Positions 12,340 to 24,000 of a stretch of 64,000 nt of DNA are shown one piece after another. Below the pieces are notes generated by a model. The model did no database searches and was not told the origin of the DNA. It saw only the letters and a list, made by a program, of their open reading frames with translations. The stretch is from Yuukianura sp. NJ FZ-2021 (taxonomy: Eukaryota). The stretch covers positions 9,548,001-9,612,000 of the forward strand of contig CM102287.1 of assembly GCA_046563655.1 (NCBI GenBank). Direction: 5' to 3'. A program made the position numbers and the translations under genes. The stretch's first letter is position 1. Each line of letters opens with the position of its first letter.

Positions 12340-14927
12340 CTACGTTCCGCGGAGAAAAAACGGGAGGGTGTCCAGTGGCGCTGGAAAGTCACGGATCCAT
12401 GCAGGTCCTTCGTATGTTTGTCCAGTATGTGCCGTCCATGTGCCATTGGGCAAGTAGATGTCACGTGACACTGCACCTCTCTCCAGCACTGGAGCCACCA
12501 GCAGACCATCTCCTACCAAGTACTCTGCAAAGGAAACACCACGCATTTCAAAATTTTGAAATTCTTCAACTTTGAAATTTTGAAACTCTTGAACATTAAA
12601 ATTTTGATAGATGTCAACTGTGTACCTGAGTCGATGATGAGAGCTTCGGGGTCAGTGGGGTCAGCCCACCAAAGTGGTCGGTTGATTGGACTTCCGTCGT
12701 CAACTGATTGCTGAGCTGCGCTGATCAACAAATCGCTGTACGTCTTGCGAAGACTCAGAACTTCTTGGGCAATTTCAACTACCTGCGAAGTCAAATTCGA
12801 AAAAACTTCTCAAATTGAGTTCAAAATAAAATTTTGAAGTATTGAAAATACTGCAAACATACTTGAGTGTCATTGTACTTCCAAGGAGCCAATGAAAATT
12901 GGAATGCTGGCATGAAAGTGTTGAGTTGCAACCAGCGAATGTACAATTCCTTTGACGGTGGTATAATTCCATAGTTATTTCCGCCAATCATGTCGGGCAA
13001 AACAAACGGATATCCGGTAATCCCGAATTGAAAAGTTGCTGGCAGAATGGACCGAAGTCCATTGTCGTGGCCCCACGAACTACTTCTGTCCAGAATTCTC
13101 GTAAAGATTGGCAAGTTCTGAAAAATCCCAAATTTAAAAAATCGAAAGAATTTTAAAAAATCCCGAATTTTTCAAAAATCCAGCTAACCTGAGTCTTCCA
13201 GCCAGTTCTGACTTCAACTAATCCACCAAAAGCGGCGAGAGCGTTGACAAAAGCAGTTGAGTATTCATTGGGATGCTTAGATCCGAAATCAGGCGACACT
13301 GGAAGCCAACTGGTTTCTCCAGCATCAAATTTAAAAGAGTCAATTCCAGTAGCGTTTCTCAAGGAATCTAGTCTGGAGATAAACCAATTCACGGCTGTTG
13401 GATTTGTAAAGTCAATGATTCCAGCGTTATCTCCTTGCCACCAGTCTGTAATGCCCGTTTCTCGCTTGGTACCCTTGACGAAGTACCCATACTTCATAAC
13501 ATCATTAAATAGTGGACAATCTGCAAAAATGAAAAGAAAATTCGAAATTTTGAAATCCGAAATTCAAAATGTAAGAAATTTCAGAAATTTTAATGCTGAT
13601 TTTACCCATATTGATGAACGGATGAACCCACAGAGTTGTTCGAAATCCCATCGAGTTCAGCGTCTCCACCATACCTATGTTCAAAATTTTGAACGTTAGA
13701 ATTTTCCAAAATTGGACATAAAAGTACTGTCGAGATTTGGAAAAAGTGCCTTTAGGATCTGGAAACTTGGTTGGATTGAACTGAAGATCTCCGTAGCAAG
13801 TTTCCCAGTCATCGTCGATTTCAATGTGAGAATTTTCAGTGAATCCTTCAGCGATTATCCTTGTAGCAAAGTCAATGACTTTTGCTTGGTCAACGTCTTC
13901 CTTATACTCGACCCAAGTACTCCAAAATGGCAGTGTGAGCATGCCAGTATCTGGAATGGCTGATGGCCTTGGAATTACTCCAGACTGAATCTGGGCTTCA
14001 TGAACTTCCTTCATATTATTTCCCATGCAAATGTGGTAACTCATGTGCAGAACATCACGAGGTTGGTAAGGAGTCTCCGGTTTGGCAGCAAAACAAACTC
14101 GTTTCACTTCTTCTTCCTTGTTCCAACCTAGAAAGTCAAAGGTCAAAGGTCAAGTTTAATTTTTCGAAATTTTTAACTTTTTCAAAAGTTTGAAGTTATA
14201 CTCATGAATAGGGGAACGTCGTCGTCCACTTTGATAGAGACGCCACTGGACACCAGAAAGTACGGTTCCAGGAGAGGGCCATATTCAGCACCAGCGAAGG
14301 AATCCGAAGTGACGAAAGGCGCTTCCGGTCTGGTATAATTTTCTATGGGCCAGTACTGCTCAAACGTTTCGGCACCACCGTACCTTTTCAAAAGACGAAA
14401 TTTGAAATTTTGAAACTTGAAATTTTGAAATTTTGAAATTTTCTGTACTTTGCTGAGAAATACTTACCAGTGGTGACCTGGAATGAGGTCAAAGCAGTCT
14501 TCTAGTTTCTTTGCGTAGTTTGACGTCCAGATGAGGTGTGAACAGCCTTCTGTTGTGTCGTTGATTTCCAAACGTGCGTAGTCTCCGTATTCGTAGCATT
14601 CGGAATAGTCCGACTCTGGACACGAGGATGCCATTCCAACTGCATTTGGCGCTGCCAGGCCCAAACTACCCGAAAGCAGCACGTTTCCTGAAAAAATGCA
14701 AAAATTTTCAAAAAATCCTGCTAAAATTCTGAAAATTCTGCCAATAATTCTTTGTTTTTGTGTAAGCTCTAAACCGTACCATCCGCTATGACTGTCATTA
14801 CGAGTGCATTGTCTTCAGCCTTTGAGCCAAATTGAAATTGGAACTTTGCCGGATGACCTTTGACCTCTGCCAAGATGAAACCGCATAGCAAAAAGAAAAA
14901 TGCTTTGACAGCACTTTCAGCCAACAT
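12340..14927 (-). CDS. MYORG: GH31 glycosidase, MYORG/tobi-like (copy A), multi-exon, secreted/signal-anchored
   Basis: Exon ORFs give WSTW, IEIDDDWETCYGDL, TLWVHPF, FKFDAGE (nucleophile Asp), RILDR (acid/base Asp), LPDMIGGN, RWLQLNTFMP and LLVAPVLE..RDIYLP. Hydrophobic N-terminus from ATG 14927; stop at 12340. Confidence 0.9.
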
Positions 14928-15401
14928 TTTGAAAAAAGGACGCTGATTCTCTCTGCTCGTTTGACGTTAAAATTCAACTGAAATGAAGCTAATGGTTAGA
15001 CTGTGATTAAATCTTCCTGATTTTACTGGAGATGAAGCTGAATTCTCATCACTTTTTTTTGAAAAGCAAGATTATTATTTGGTGATTTTAACTTTTGTAA
15101 CGATAAGTTAACTAGAAATGCTTGAGAGTGGACAGTTACAGAGCCAAGTGTTGAAAGTGTCAATTGATACTTCACAAACAACAGGATTCTGTGTAACTGG
15201 AGCAAAAGAGACAACACTTCAAAATGGAAGTTTCACCTTGAGCAGATGGAGTGCATGTTTAAATCGTGATTAGGCTAACTGTTTAATATAAAATTCGCAT
15301 TTAACTAGTTCTTGTCTAACTAATGATTAAATTGTACTTAAGAAAAAGACGACATGCATATTGTATTGTATTCTACCGTCACTTTTTAGTTAGATCAAGA
15401 C

Positions 15402-18242
15402 CTAATCTTGTGGCATTTCGTTTGTCAATTCATGGAGTTCCAGCGTTCCGCGTAGAAAAAACGGGAGTGTGTCCAGTGGCGCTGGAAAGTCACGGATCCA
15501 TGCAGGTCCTTCGTATGTTTGTCCAGTATGTGCCGTCCATGTGCCATTGGGCAAGTAGATGTCACGTGACACTGCACCCTCTTCTAGAACTGGAGCCACC
15601 AAAAGAGCGTCTCCTACCAAGTATTCTAGAAATGAAAAAAAGGGTTTCGAAATTTTGAAATTCTTGAACTGTAAAGTTTTGAAATTCTTGAACATTAAAA
15701 TTTTGATAGATGTCAACTGTATACCTGAGTCGATGGTGAGAGCTTCAGGGTCGGTGGGGTCAGCCCACCAAAGTGGTCTGTTGATTGGACTTCCGTCGTC
15801 AACGGATTGTTCAGCAGCGCGAATCAACAAATCGCTGAAAGTCTTGCGCAGACTCAAAATCCCTTTAGCAATTTCGATGACCTGCGAAATCAAATTCAAA
15901 ATTACTGAAATTCATCAGCTTGTCACAATTTTGTTTCAGAAATTCGAATTCTTCCGTGTCAAAAAGGAACCTATGTTGAACTTGAAGGAAAAGTCAAATA
16001 TTTCTTGGGAAATCATTGTCCGGAGTGTACGAGAATTTTGGGGGAACTTTTTTAATGTTAACGTTTTAAATTTTGAAATTCTGTAGAACCTGAGTGTCGT
16101 AGTTCCATGGAGCCAATGAAAACTGGAATGCTGGCATGAAAGTGTTGAGCTGCATCCACCGAATGTACAATTCCTTTGACGGTGGTTCTCCATTAAAGTA
16201 ATTCCCACCAATCATGTCTGGCAAAACAAACGGATATCCGGTAATCGCAAATTGGAAGTTTGTCGGCAGAATGGATCGAAGTCCATTGTCATGGCCCCAT
16301 GTACTAGTTCTGTCCAGAATTCTCGTAAAGATTGGCAAAGTCTGAAAATCAAATCCAAAATCTAGAATTTCAAAACTCGCGATTTTTCAAAACTCTTGCT
16401 TACCTGAGTCCTGAAGCCACTTCTGACTTCAACTAATCCTCCAAAAGTAGCGACAGCGTCAACATAGGCAGTTGAGTATTGATTGGGATGCTTTGTTCCA
16501 AAATCAGGCGACACTGGAAGGTAACTGGCTTCTCCAGCGTCAAATTTATAAGAATCAATTCCAGTATAGTTTTTCAATGCCTCGAGCCTGGAGATCCACC
16601 ATTTCACGGCTTTTGGATTTGTGAAATCAACGATTCCCGCGTTTTCTCCTTGCCACCATTTTGTAATGCCGGTTCTCCCTTTGGTACCCTTGACCAAGTA
16701 CCCACGCGTCATAGCTTCAGCAAATATAGGACAATCTGCAAAATACCAAAAATTCAAAATTTCAAAAGCAACTTTCCTTTATCAATTCATCAATTCAAGA
16801 AAACTTTGAAACGCTTCTTCGCCTATCGTTTTTTCTGAAATTTACGGTTTCTGCAAAAAAGAATGAGCTGAAAGTTTTTCAGTTGGTAAAAAGTAAGTTT
16901 TTACCAAGGTTGATGAAGGGATGAACCCACAGTGTTGTTCGAAATCCCAGCGATTTCAGCGTCTCCACCATACCTGTGTCAACAATAATGTTCAAACGTT
17001 AGGATTTAAAAAATTCAAAATTTTGTAAGATTTGAAATTTTGAAAACCTGCCTTTAGGATCTGGAAACTTGGTTGAATTGAATTGAAGTTCTCCGTAGCA
17101 AGTTTCCCAGTCATCGTCGATTTCAATGTGAGAATTTTCAGTGAATCCTTCAGCGATGATTCTTGTAGCGTAGTCAATGACTTTTGCTTGGTCAACGTCT
17201 TCCTTGTACTGAACCCAAGTACTCCAGAAAGGCAATGTGAGCATGCCAGTATCTGGAATGGCTGATGGCCTTGGAATCACTCCAGACTGAATCTGGGCTT
17301 CATGAACTTCCTTAACATTATTTCCTAAGCAAATGTGGTAACTCATGTGCAGAATGTCGCGTGGTTGGTAAGGACTCTCCGGTTTGGCAGCAAAACAAAC
17401 TCGTTTCGTTTCTTCACCTTTGCCCCAGCCTAGAAAGTCAAAGGTCAAAGGTCAAGTCTAATTTTTCGAAATTTTAATTTTTGAAATTTTGAAGTTATAC
17501 TCATGAATAGAGGAACGTCGTCGTCCACTTTGATAGAGACGCCACTGGACACCAGCCAGTATGGTTCGATGACGCTGCCGTAAGGGGAGCCACTGAGCGA
17601 GTCGCCAGTGATGAAGGGCTCTTCCGCTCTGGTGTCATTTTCTATTGGCCAGTGCTGAACATGCGTTTCTCCACCGCCATACCTGTTGAAAATTTAAAAA
17701 GAAGAAATTTCGAAACTTGAAATTTTGAATTTTTCTGTACTTTATTGAGAAATGCTTACCAGTGGTGACCTGGAATGAGGTCAAAGCAGTCTTCTAGTTT
17801 CTTTGCGTAGTTTGATGTCCAGATGAGGTGTGAGCAGCCATCTTTTGTGTCGTTGATTTCCAGACGCCCGTAGTCTTTGTATCGGTAACATTCGGAGTAG
17901 TCCGTCTGTGGACATAAGGATACCATTCCAACAGCATTTGGCATTGCCAGGCCCAAACTACCCGAAAGCAGCACTTTTCCTGAAAAAATTCCAAGATTCT
18001 CAAAATTTTCTATTTTCTTTCCGAAATTCTCAAAATGTTGCCAATTTTTTGTTTTTGTGTAAGCTCTAAACCTTACCATTCGCTCTGACTGTCATTTGGA
18101 TTGCATTTTCTTCAGTATTTGAGCCAATTTGGAATTTGAGTTTTGCCGGAGCCGGATGACCTTTGACCTCTGCCAAGATGAAACCGAATAGCAAAACAAC
18201 AAAGTAGAACAAAAATGCTTTTACAGCATTTTCAGAGTACAT
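15402..18242 (-). CDS. MYORG: GH31 glycosidase, MYORG/tobi-like (copy B, tandem paralog)
   Basis: Same exon layout and motifs as copy A (YKFDAGE, RILDR, LPDMIGGN). ATG at 18242 (MYSENAVKAFLFYFVVLLFGFILA); stop at 15402. Confidence 0.9.
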
Positions 18243-19586
18243 TTTGAAAAAAATGAGATACTGCTTCTCTCTGTGCTCGTTTGACGTTAAAATTGAACTG
18301 AAATGATTCTTAAATGCTTAGATTGCGACTGAATTTTGTTGTTTTTATTGGAGATGAAGACGCATTCTCATCACGTTTTTGAACGCTGAAAAGCAAGATT
18401 ATTTTGTGTTGTCAACTTTAACGATAAGTGAACTGGAAATTCTTTGGAGCTGACAGTTTGAAGTTGACACTTAACAAACAATAGGATTCTGTTGATGCAA
18501 CTGGAGCAAAAGAGACAAGTGACGAGTGTTGCTTGCATTCTCTGTCACAATGCTAACAGCATGACCTCAAGGTCAATCTGAGTCAAACGAAGAGCGTGGG
18601 ATTTCTGACAACGTTTTAAAAATCTAACGTCGAAAATCAATCTCCTAATCTTCTTCGTTGACTCAGAATGACCTAATAAAAAAAGTTACTAATAATTAGT
18701 GGTTGCGTAATTAAATTGTATCGTGATGTGTCAACATCACGATAGTTCACATGGAACAAGGGAAAACAATTCGCCGCAGGAGGAATTGCAACAAGCTTGC
18801 GTTTTTTTGAATTTTCTAACAATGAATGAATACGTTACTCTAGCATGAAAAGTTTTGAAATGTATATTTTTTGCACCAGATTGTGCTAAATGCTATTGTG
18901 TAGCTCGATCCGATCGATGGAAGCACAAGCATCGCTGCAAAGTTGAAATTTTAAAAATTTAGGACTTGGGTAAGAATTGCTGTGTTTTGGAAAGTGTTTT
19001 GCAAGGGAGATGTACGAGAAAGCAGAAATTGAGATCGGAGATTATACGGAGCAAAGAGGCGGGAAGAGAGGTTCCTCTTGTAATGCTTTTTTTTTTGTAT
19101 GGGAGTTTGAGTTGCGGGAAAAGTAGAAGAGGGAGGTAGAGGAACCTTTTTGGGTCGCATAATCTCCTGTCAACTCGCACAGTTTCCCAGCAGCTTCCTT
19201 TACAAATCAATACAAAAACTCTCTCCAAAATTTTGGAAACTTTAAAAACTCATATCTCCAAAACGGAATGCTATTGAAAGCTCATCTCTTCGACATTAAA
19301 TTGGTATTGATTTAAACAATTTCAATTTCCTTCAACGTTTTTAAAACGTTCCAAATCTTTTTTTTTTCTCGTAATGTTGACAATAGGGAGGATCCGAAGT
19401 TGCAAATTCTTGTGTAATGTTTCAAGTGTTTCATGCGCGAATTTCAAGTCTTCTTTCTGAATAATTTTCTCTACTTTTTTTTCTTGTCCGATGGTTACTC
19501 CCGGTCCCGGTCACGTTCGTGTCAAGTGCATCGGTCGATAATCGTTTTTAACTTAGTTTACATTAATTTAATTGTAAGGCTTAGAA

Positions 19587-20461
19587 ATGGGAGCTAGTAG
19601 TAGTGCTCCACGTACCCTGACGATGAAGAACGACGAACCGCACATAATCGAGGTAATCATCTCATCATCATTGTGGAATTTGAAATGAACTTTACATTTT
19701 GATTCTGAATACGAGTTAATCATCACCGTTTTATTTTCATATTAGGTAACTTCGGACGTAATTAACAGAATAAAACATGGCTATCCATCGCATCAACAGC
19801 AACAGACACCACCATCATCAGCTGACGCGACGTCCCAAACATCCGCTGCTCCCAGTAACATCACTAATCAAGGTTTGTGCATAATCATAGTACATTGTAC
19901 AACTAGCCACAACTTAGCTTAAATTGGTTAGTTAGATTGATTTATTCCGGGCTTTGTAACATAATTTCCGAATTTGGTAGATGAAGCACCGTCCAAACAA
20001 GCGATGACAACGAGAGATCGCCAGGAACAAGTTGCCCTTAGTGTTGGTGCTTCTGGACATGAGGTATTAGAAACCGTATCAGCTCTGCAAGTTCGGAAGG
20101 AGAAAGACGAGGAGTTACTGGCCAACGATTTCTTTTGGAGAACGAAACTAAAGGAACTGGAAGGACGGGTAATTATAAGATAATGTAACCTTTAGAAATT
20201 CATTTATGATTATGAATAATTGTTCTGATTTTGACTTAGTACGTTGCCTCTGCCTTCGCATCTGAGCAAGAGTTTCAGTCCGAGTTGGAGAACCTTCAGA
20301 CGTTGATGCCAAAACGCCGGCAGGCCGTCTGTGATGAAATTTCTCCGAAAATCACTGCCTGTTACGCCGCTAATCCTAAACAAGTTCTCAAGTGCTCAGA
20401 CCTAGTACAAGAATTTGCTCGCTGCGTAGACAAGAACCTTGGCCAGTCGTTACAGGCTTAG
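19587..20461 (+). CDS. CHCHD3: MICOS subunit MIC19/MIC25 (CHCHD3/CHCHD6 family), about 200 aa
   Basis: Exons 19587-19652, 19746-19872, 19981-20168, 20240-20461. N-myristoylation start MGASSS, coiled-coil middle, C-terminal twin CX9C (CDEISPKITAC-YAANPKQVLK-CSDLVQEFARC). AATAAA at 20562. Confidence 0.88.
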
Positions 20462-21084
20462 AAACTAACAATGGAACAGCAAGTTGACTCCAGAACCTGA
20501 ACTAAGCGAAAGTGTTCAACAGTACACTATTAGATCAATCCTACGAACCTTATAGTCCACCAATAAAAGTAAGTAATTCAGTACACATTTCTTATTCACT
20601 TGTCACTTCAAAATTAATTACTAAAAGATCATAACTCACCCACACTTTCTCTTAAATCCTAGTTCATCACACATTCATTTTCGAAACAGCACAGTTAAAG
20701 TAACTTAACTAATGTTAGTCTAGATTTAAGTAGTTGGTGGTATTAGTTTAGGCATGAGGTTTTTGTTTTCAACAACACTTACAATGGCACTTGAATGGAA
20801 GGAAGAAAAGTTTTTGAAACTGTTCAATAAGGCTTTTTCAGTTTTGAGTTTCAGAATTTGAAATTCTGAATTTCACAGGTTTCAAAAAAAGGCATTTTCA
20901 CATTTTTGTGACAAAAAACGTTGTTGAGCTTTTACAAAAAATGAGATTCTGAGAAAAAGTCAAGTCATGAATTACAGAGAGAGACTCAAATACTCTAAAC
21001 TCAAAATTAATTAATTCATTAATTAATTAGTTAATTGATGTTGCTACATATCACAATATCGTTTTCTATAGAGAGCTCATGTGC

Positions 21085-24000
21085 TTAGTTCCTTGGAGGG
21101 TATGTCGGTTGATGTTGATGTGACGGTGGGTAATAGTACTGCTGCGAAGTATTTCCCGCTGCATGACCTCCCGTGACCTCTTGCTTCTTTTTCTGTGGCG
21201 TCGTTCGGTCGATCGTTGTAGAGTCCGGTGAAAGTGGATTCCCTTCGCCATCTTTTTGATTCTTCGATGCTTTCTGCTGTTGAGCTTCACAGTCCATCAA
21301 GTATTTCAGCGTTCGCTGGTACGTTTCTGGTCGCATTCCTCTTGGCATTTCAGCGGTTCCTTCTGCCTGACTCCTCGGATTCGGTTCACACCCGACTGAA
21401 GGTGCCCGCTGACTCTGACTGGTCACACTTCTGCACTGGACTTGCCTCTGTCGCCGCTCCTGCTGACTCAAAACGCTGCTCTGGTAACTCGTGTTGCTTA
21501 CTTGAGAGTAAGCCGGAGTACTTGGAGCAAATTGACCTTGTCCTTCCCAATGTGCTGGCGGATGCTGCCAATTCCTGTGAGATTGGGGTTGTTGTTGAGG
21601 AACTGGTGGAGGACGGTGACAATTTTGGTGGCCTGAACAATGTGGAGAACACTGTCCAGCATTCTGGGGAGGATACTGTCCAGCATTTTGTGGAGGATAC
21701 TGACCATGCTGTGGCGGGAAATTGGGATGATTTGATTGGTTCGGATGGTAGCAGTGACCTGATTGGTAGTGATGAGAGCAAGGAAAGTGTTGAGGTGGAT
21801 TCTGGTTGCAGTAAGGCTGGGGCTGCCCGTTTGTGCCACCATTCTGGTTGTTGTACTGCTGGTAGCCTTGAAATTGCTGCCCCGCCGCGTCCATCATCGG
21901 AGATGCCTGAGGGTAGCACTGCTGAGGGTGCCAGTTTCCATGGTTACTGGCAGTACTTGAGTAATGTGAACTGACAGAATGAGTTGACAGAGAAGGACTA
22001 GGTGTCATATTGCTCTGGCCCCTTCGTTGTGTCCAATTGGCATTGCTGGAAGAGGGCCCTGAAGGGGTGCTATACTGATACCCTTGAGGAGGACTTGAGT
22101 AATTTGCTCCCTGTGGATACAAATTGTGATTCTGTCCAATCGTTCCAGGAGCAGGCCCAGTACAATTGTTGTTTCCTCGATTTTGTGCTGGAGCAGGATA
22201 CTGCTGATGCTGGTGACAATTGTTGTTGTATCCCTTGGAGGATCCAGCTTGGACAGCTTGATTGTACGGCGGTGGTGGTGGGATTCCATGATGCTGCTGT
22301 CCAGGAGGACAAGTCGATGGTCTTTGAGCAGCATTGTTTCCAGTATTATGTGCTGCTGTAGCATGATTCTGTTGATTGTGACAATTTTGTTGAAAATTTC
22401 CTTGAGACAAGTACTTCACCATATCGTCCGGTAGGATGAAATCTTCCATTCCGTCCAAATTCAAATTCGCTGATCCGTTCCCGCTTCGATTCAGTCTTCC
22501 TGAACTTGAAGTTCTATTGCCAGTAGAATCAGAAGTTCGTCGTCCCTCCTGTGAACTGCTCAATCGCTGTGTCAAACTTCCGCCAAGTTCACACTCCATT
22601 GAAAAGTCATTCATAAGTCCAACGGATTGATTGGCCACGACCAAATTCCCGCCATTTTGCGACGCTTGAACAACAGTGGTGACAGAAGATGTTGAATTAT
22701 TGACGCTCGAGTAATTTGATGGTCCAGAAATTGCATCGCGTCGACGCTGGAGTCTTTCGAAATGTTGATTTACAGCGGTCGGAACTTGGGATGACCCGGT
22801 TGCGTGACCTTGACCTTCAAAACTTGAGCGTCGTGAACTTCCTGGAGAAATTGGATCAAGAAAAGGTGAAGCTGTTTGGGCAGAGCGCACAGTTCCAGCG
22901 ATTCCGGCGATCGAAGAGGTTGCACTACCGCGTCTACTGGCCACATCCGACCGAGTTCCAGCGCTGTAGAAAGATGAGATGGTAGAAATTCCAGAATCTC
23001 GGCGTGCTTCTGGATTCTGTTGAGGTGAGTTCATCAATGTCTGAAAGCATTTCCAAGAGATGCACCGAACTTTCAATACGGTTTCTTTTTCGACAACAAA
23101 AGCTAAAAAAAATTTAAGTGGCTCTTTACCTGTGTTTGAAGGTGTGAAATTTTCGGTTTGAGATCAGGAACGTCCGTCCACGGTGAATTTGAGCACTGTG
23201 GACTTGGACTTCCATTTACTTTGAGATCCGTAATTCGTCTATTGAGATGATCCATCACTCTCCGATTTCCTAAAAATTAGAAAAAATCCAATTTTTTGAA
23301 AATATTTCCAAAAAATTCACTTTTAATCAGTTTTAAGACTGAATTTTCAGAAAAATCTGAAAATCTGAAATAGAAGTGAACTTTTACCATTGGCAAAACT
23401 TGGATATCCTGCATTTTCAAAATTCTTCGGATCAAGTTTTCCTCTTCCGCCGATTCGATTTCTGCCGAGCGGGTGATTCGGATGTGGAAAAAACGCTGAA
23501 TCGTCACCACCACCAACAGGATTTCCAACAGGAATTCCAACAGGAACTATTTGCGGTGACACTGGAACGAGGTCAACTTCTTCCTCTTCCCACGTGACCC
23601 CGTTTCCAACCGGAACTTCATAGGCATCCGACATTTCATTTGTAGTTGTCACGTTGTTATCACTAATCGGCTCATCACCCCCGTTGTCCTGCATTCCTGG
23701 CGAAGAGCCACCGGAACTATTAGAGTCCTGCGGCGGTGAATTTGGATCCTAAACAAACACTCATTTTCAAAATTCAACCAGTTTCAAAAATTTCAAAAAT
23801 TGGAAATTGTAAATACCTCTGATTTGATACTTGGACTTGAGATGGAGTTAGTTTTGACTCCCATTTCATCTGACCTTGGCGAACTCTCTGATCCGAGATG
23901 CCCGGATCTTTGATTTGATCCGAATCCGTCACCGCCATGTCTAGAATCGTCTCCTTTATGTTTTTTATTTGCGTAACACTCAACTCCATGGACAGTCTTG

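Noticed and set aside
21228..22985. Several + strand and off-frame ORFs up to 248 aa
   Set aside because: Antisense or off-frame shadows of the large last ci exon.
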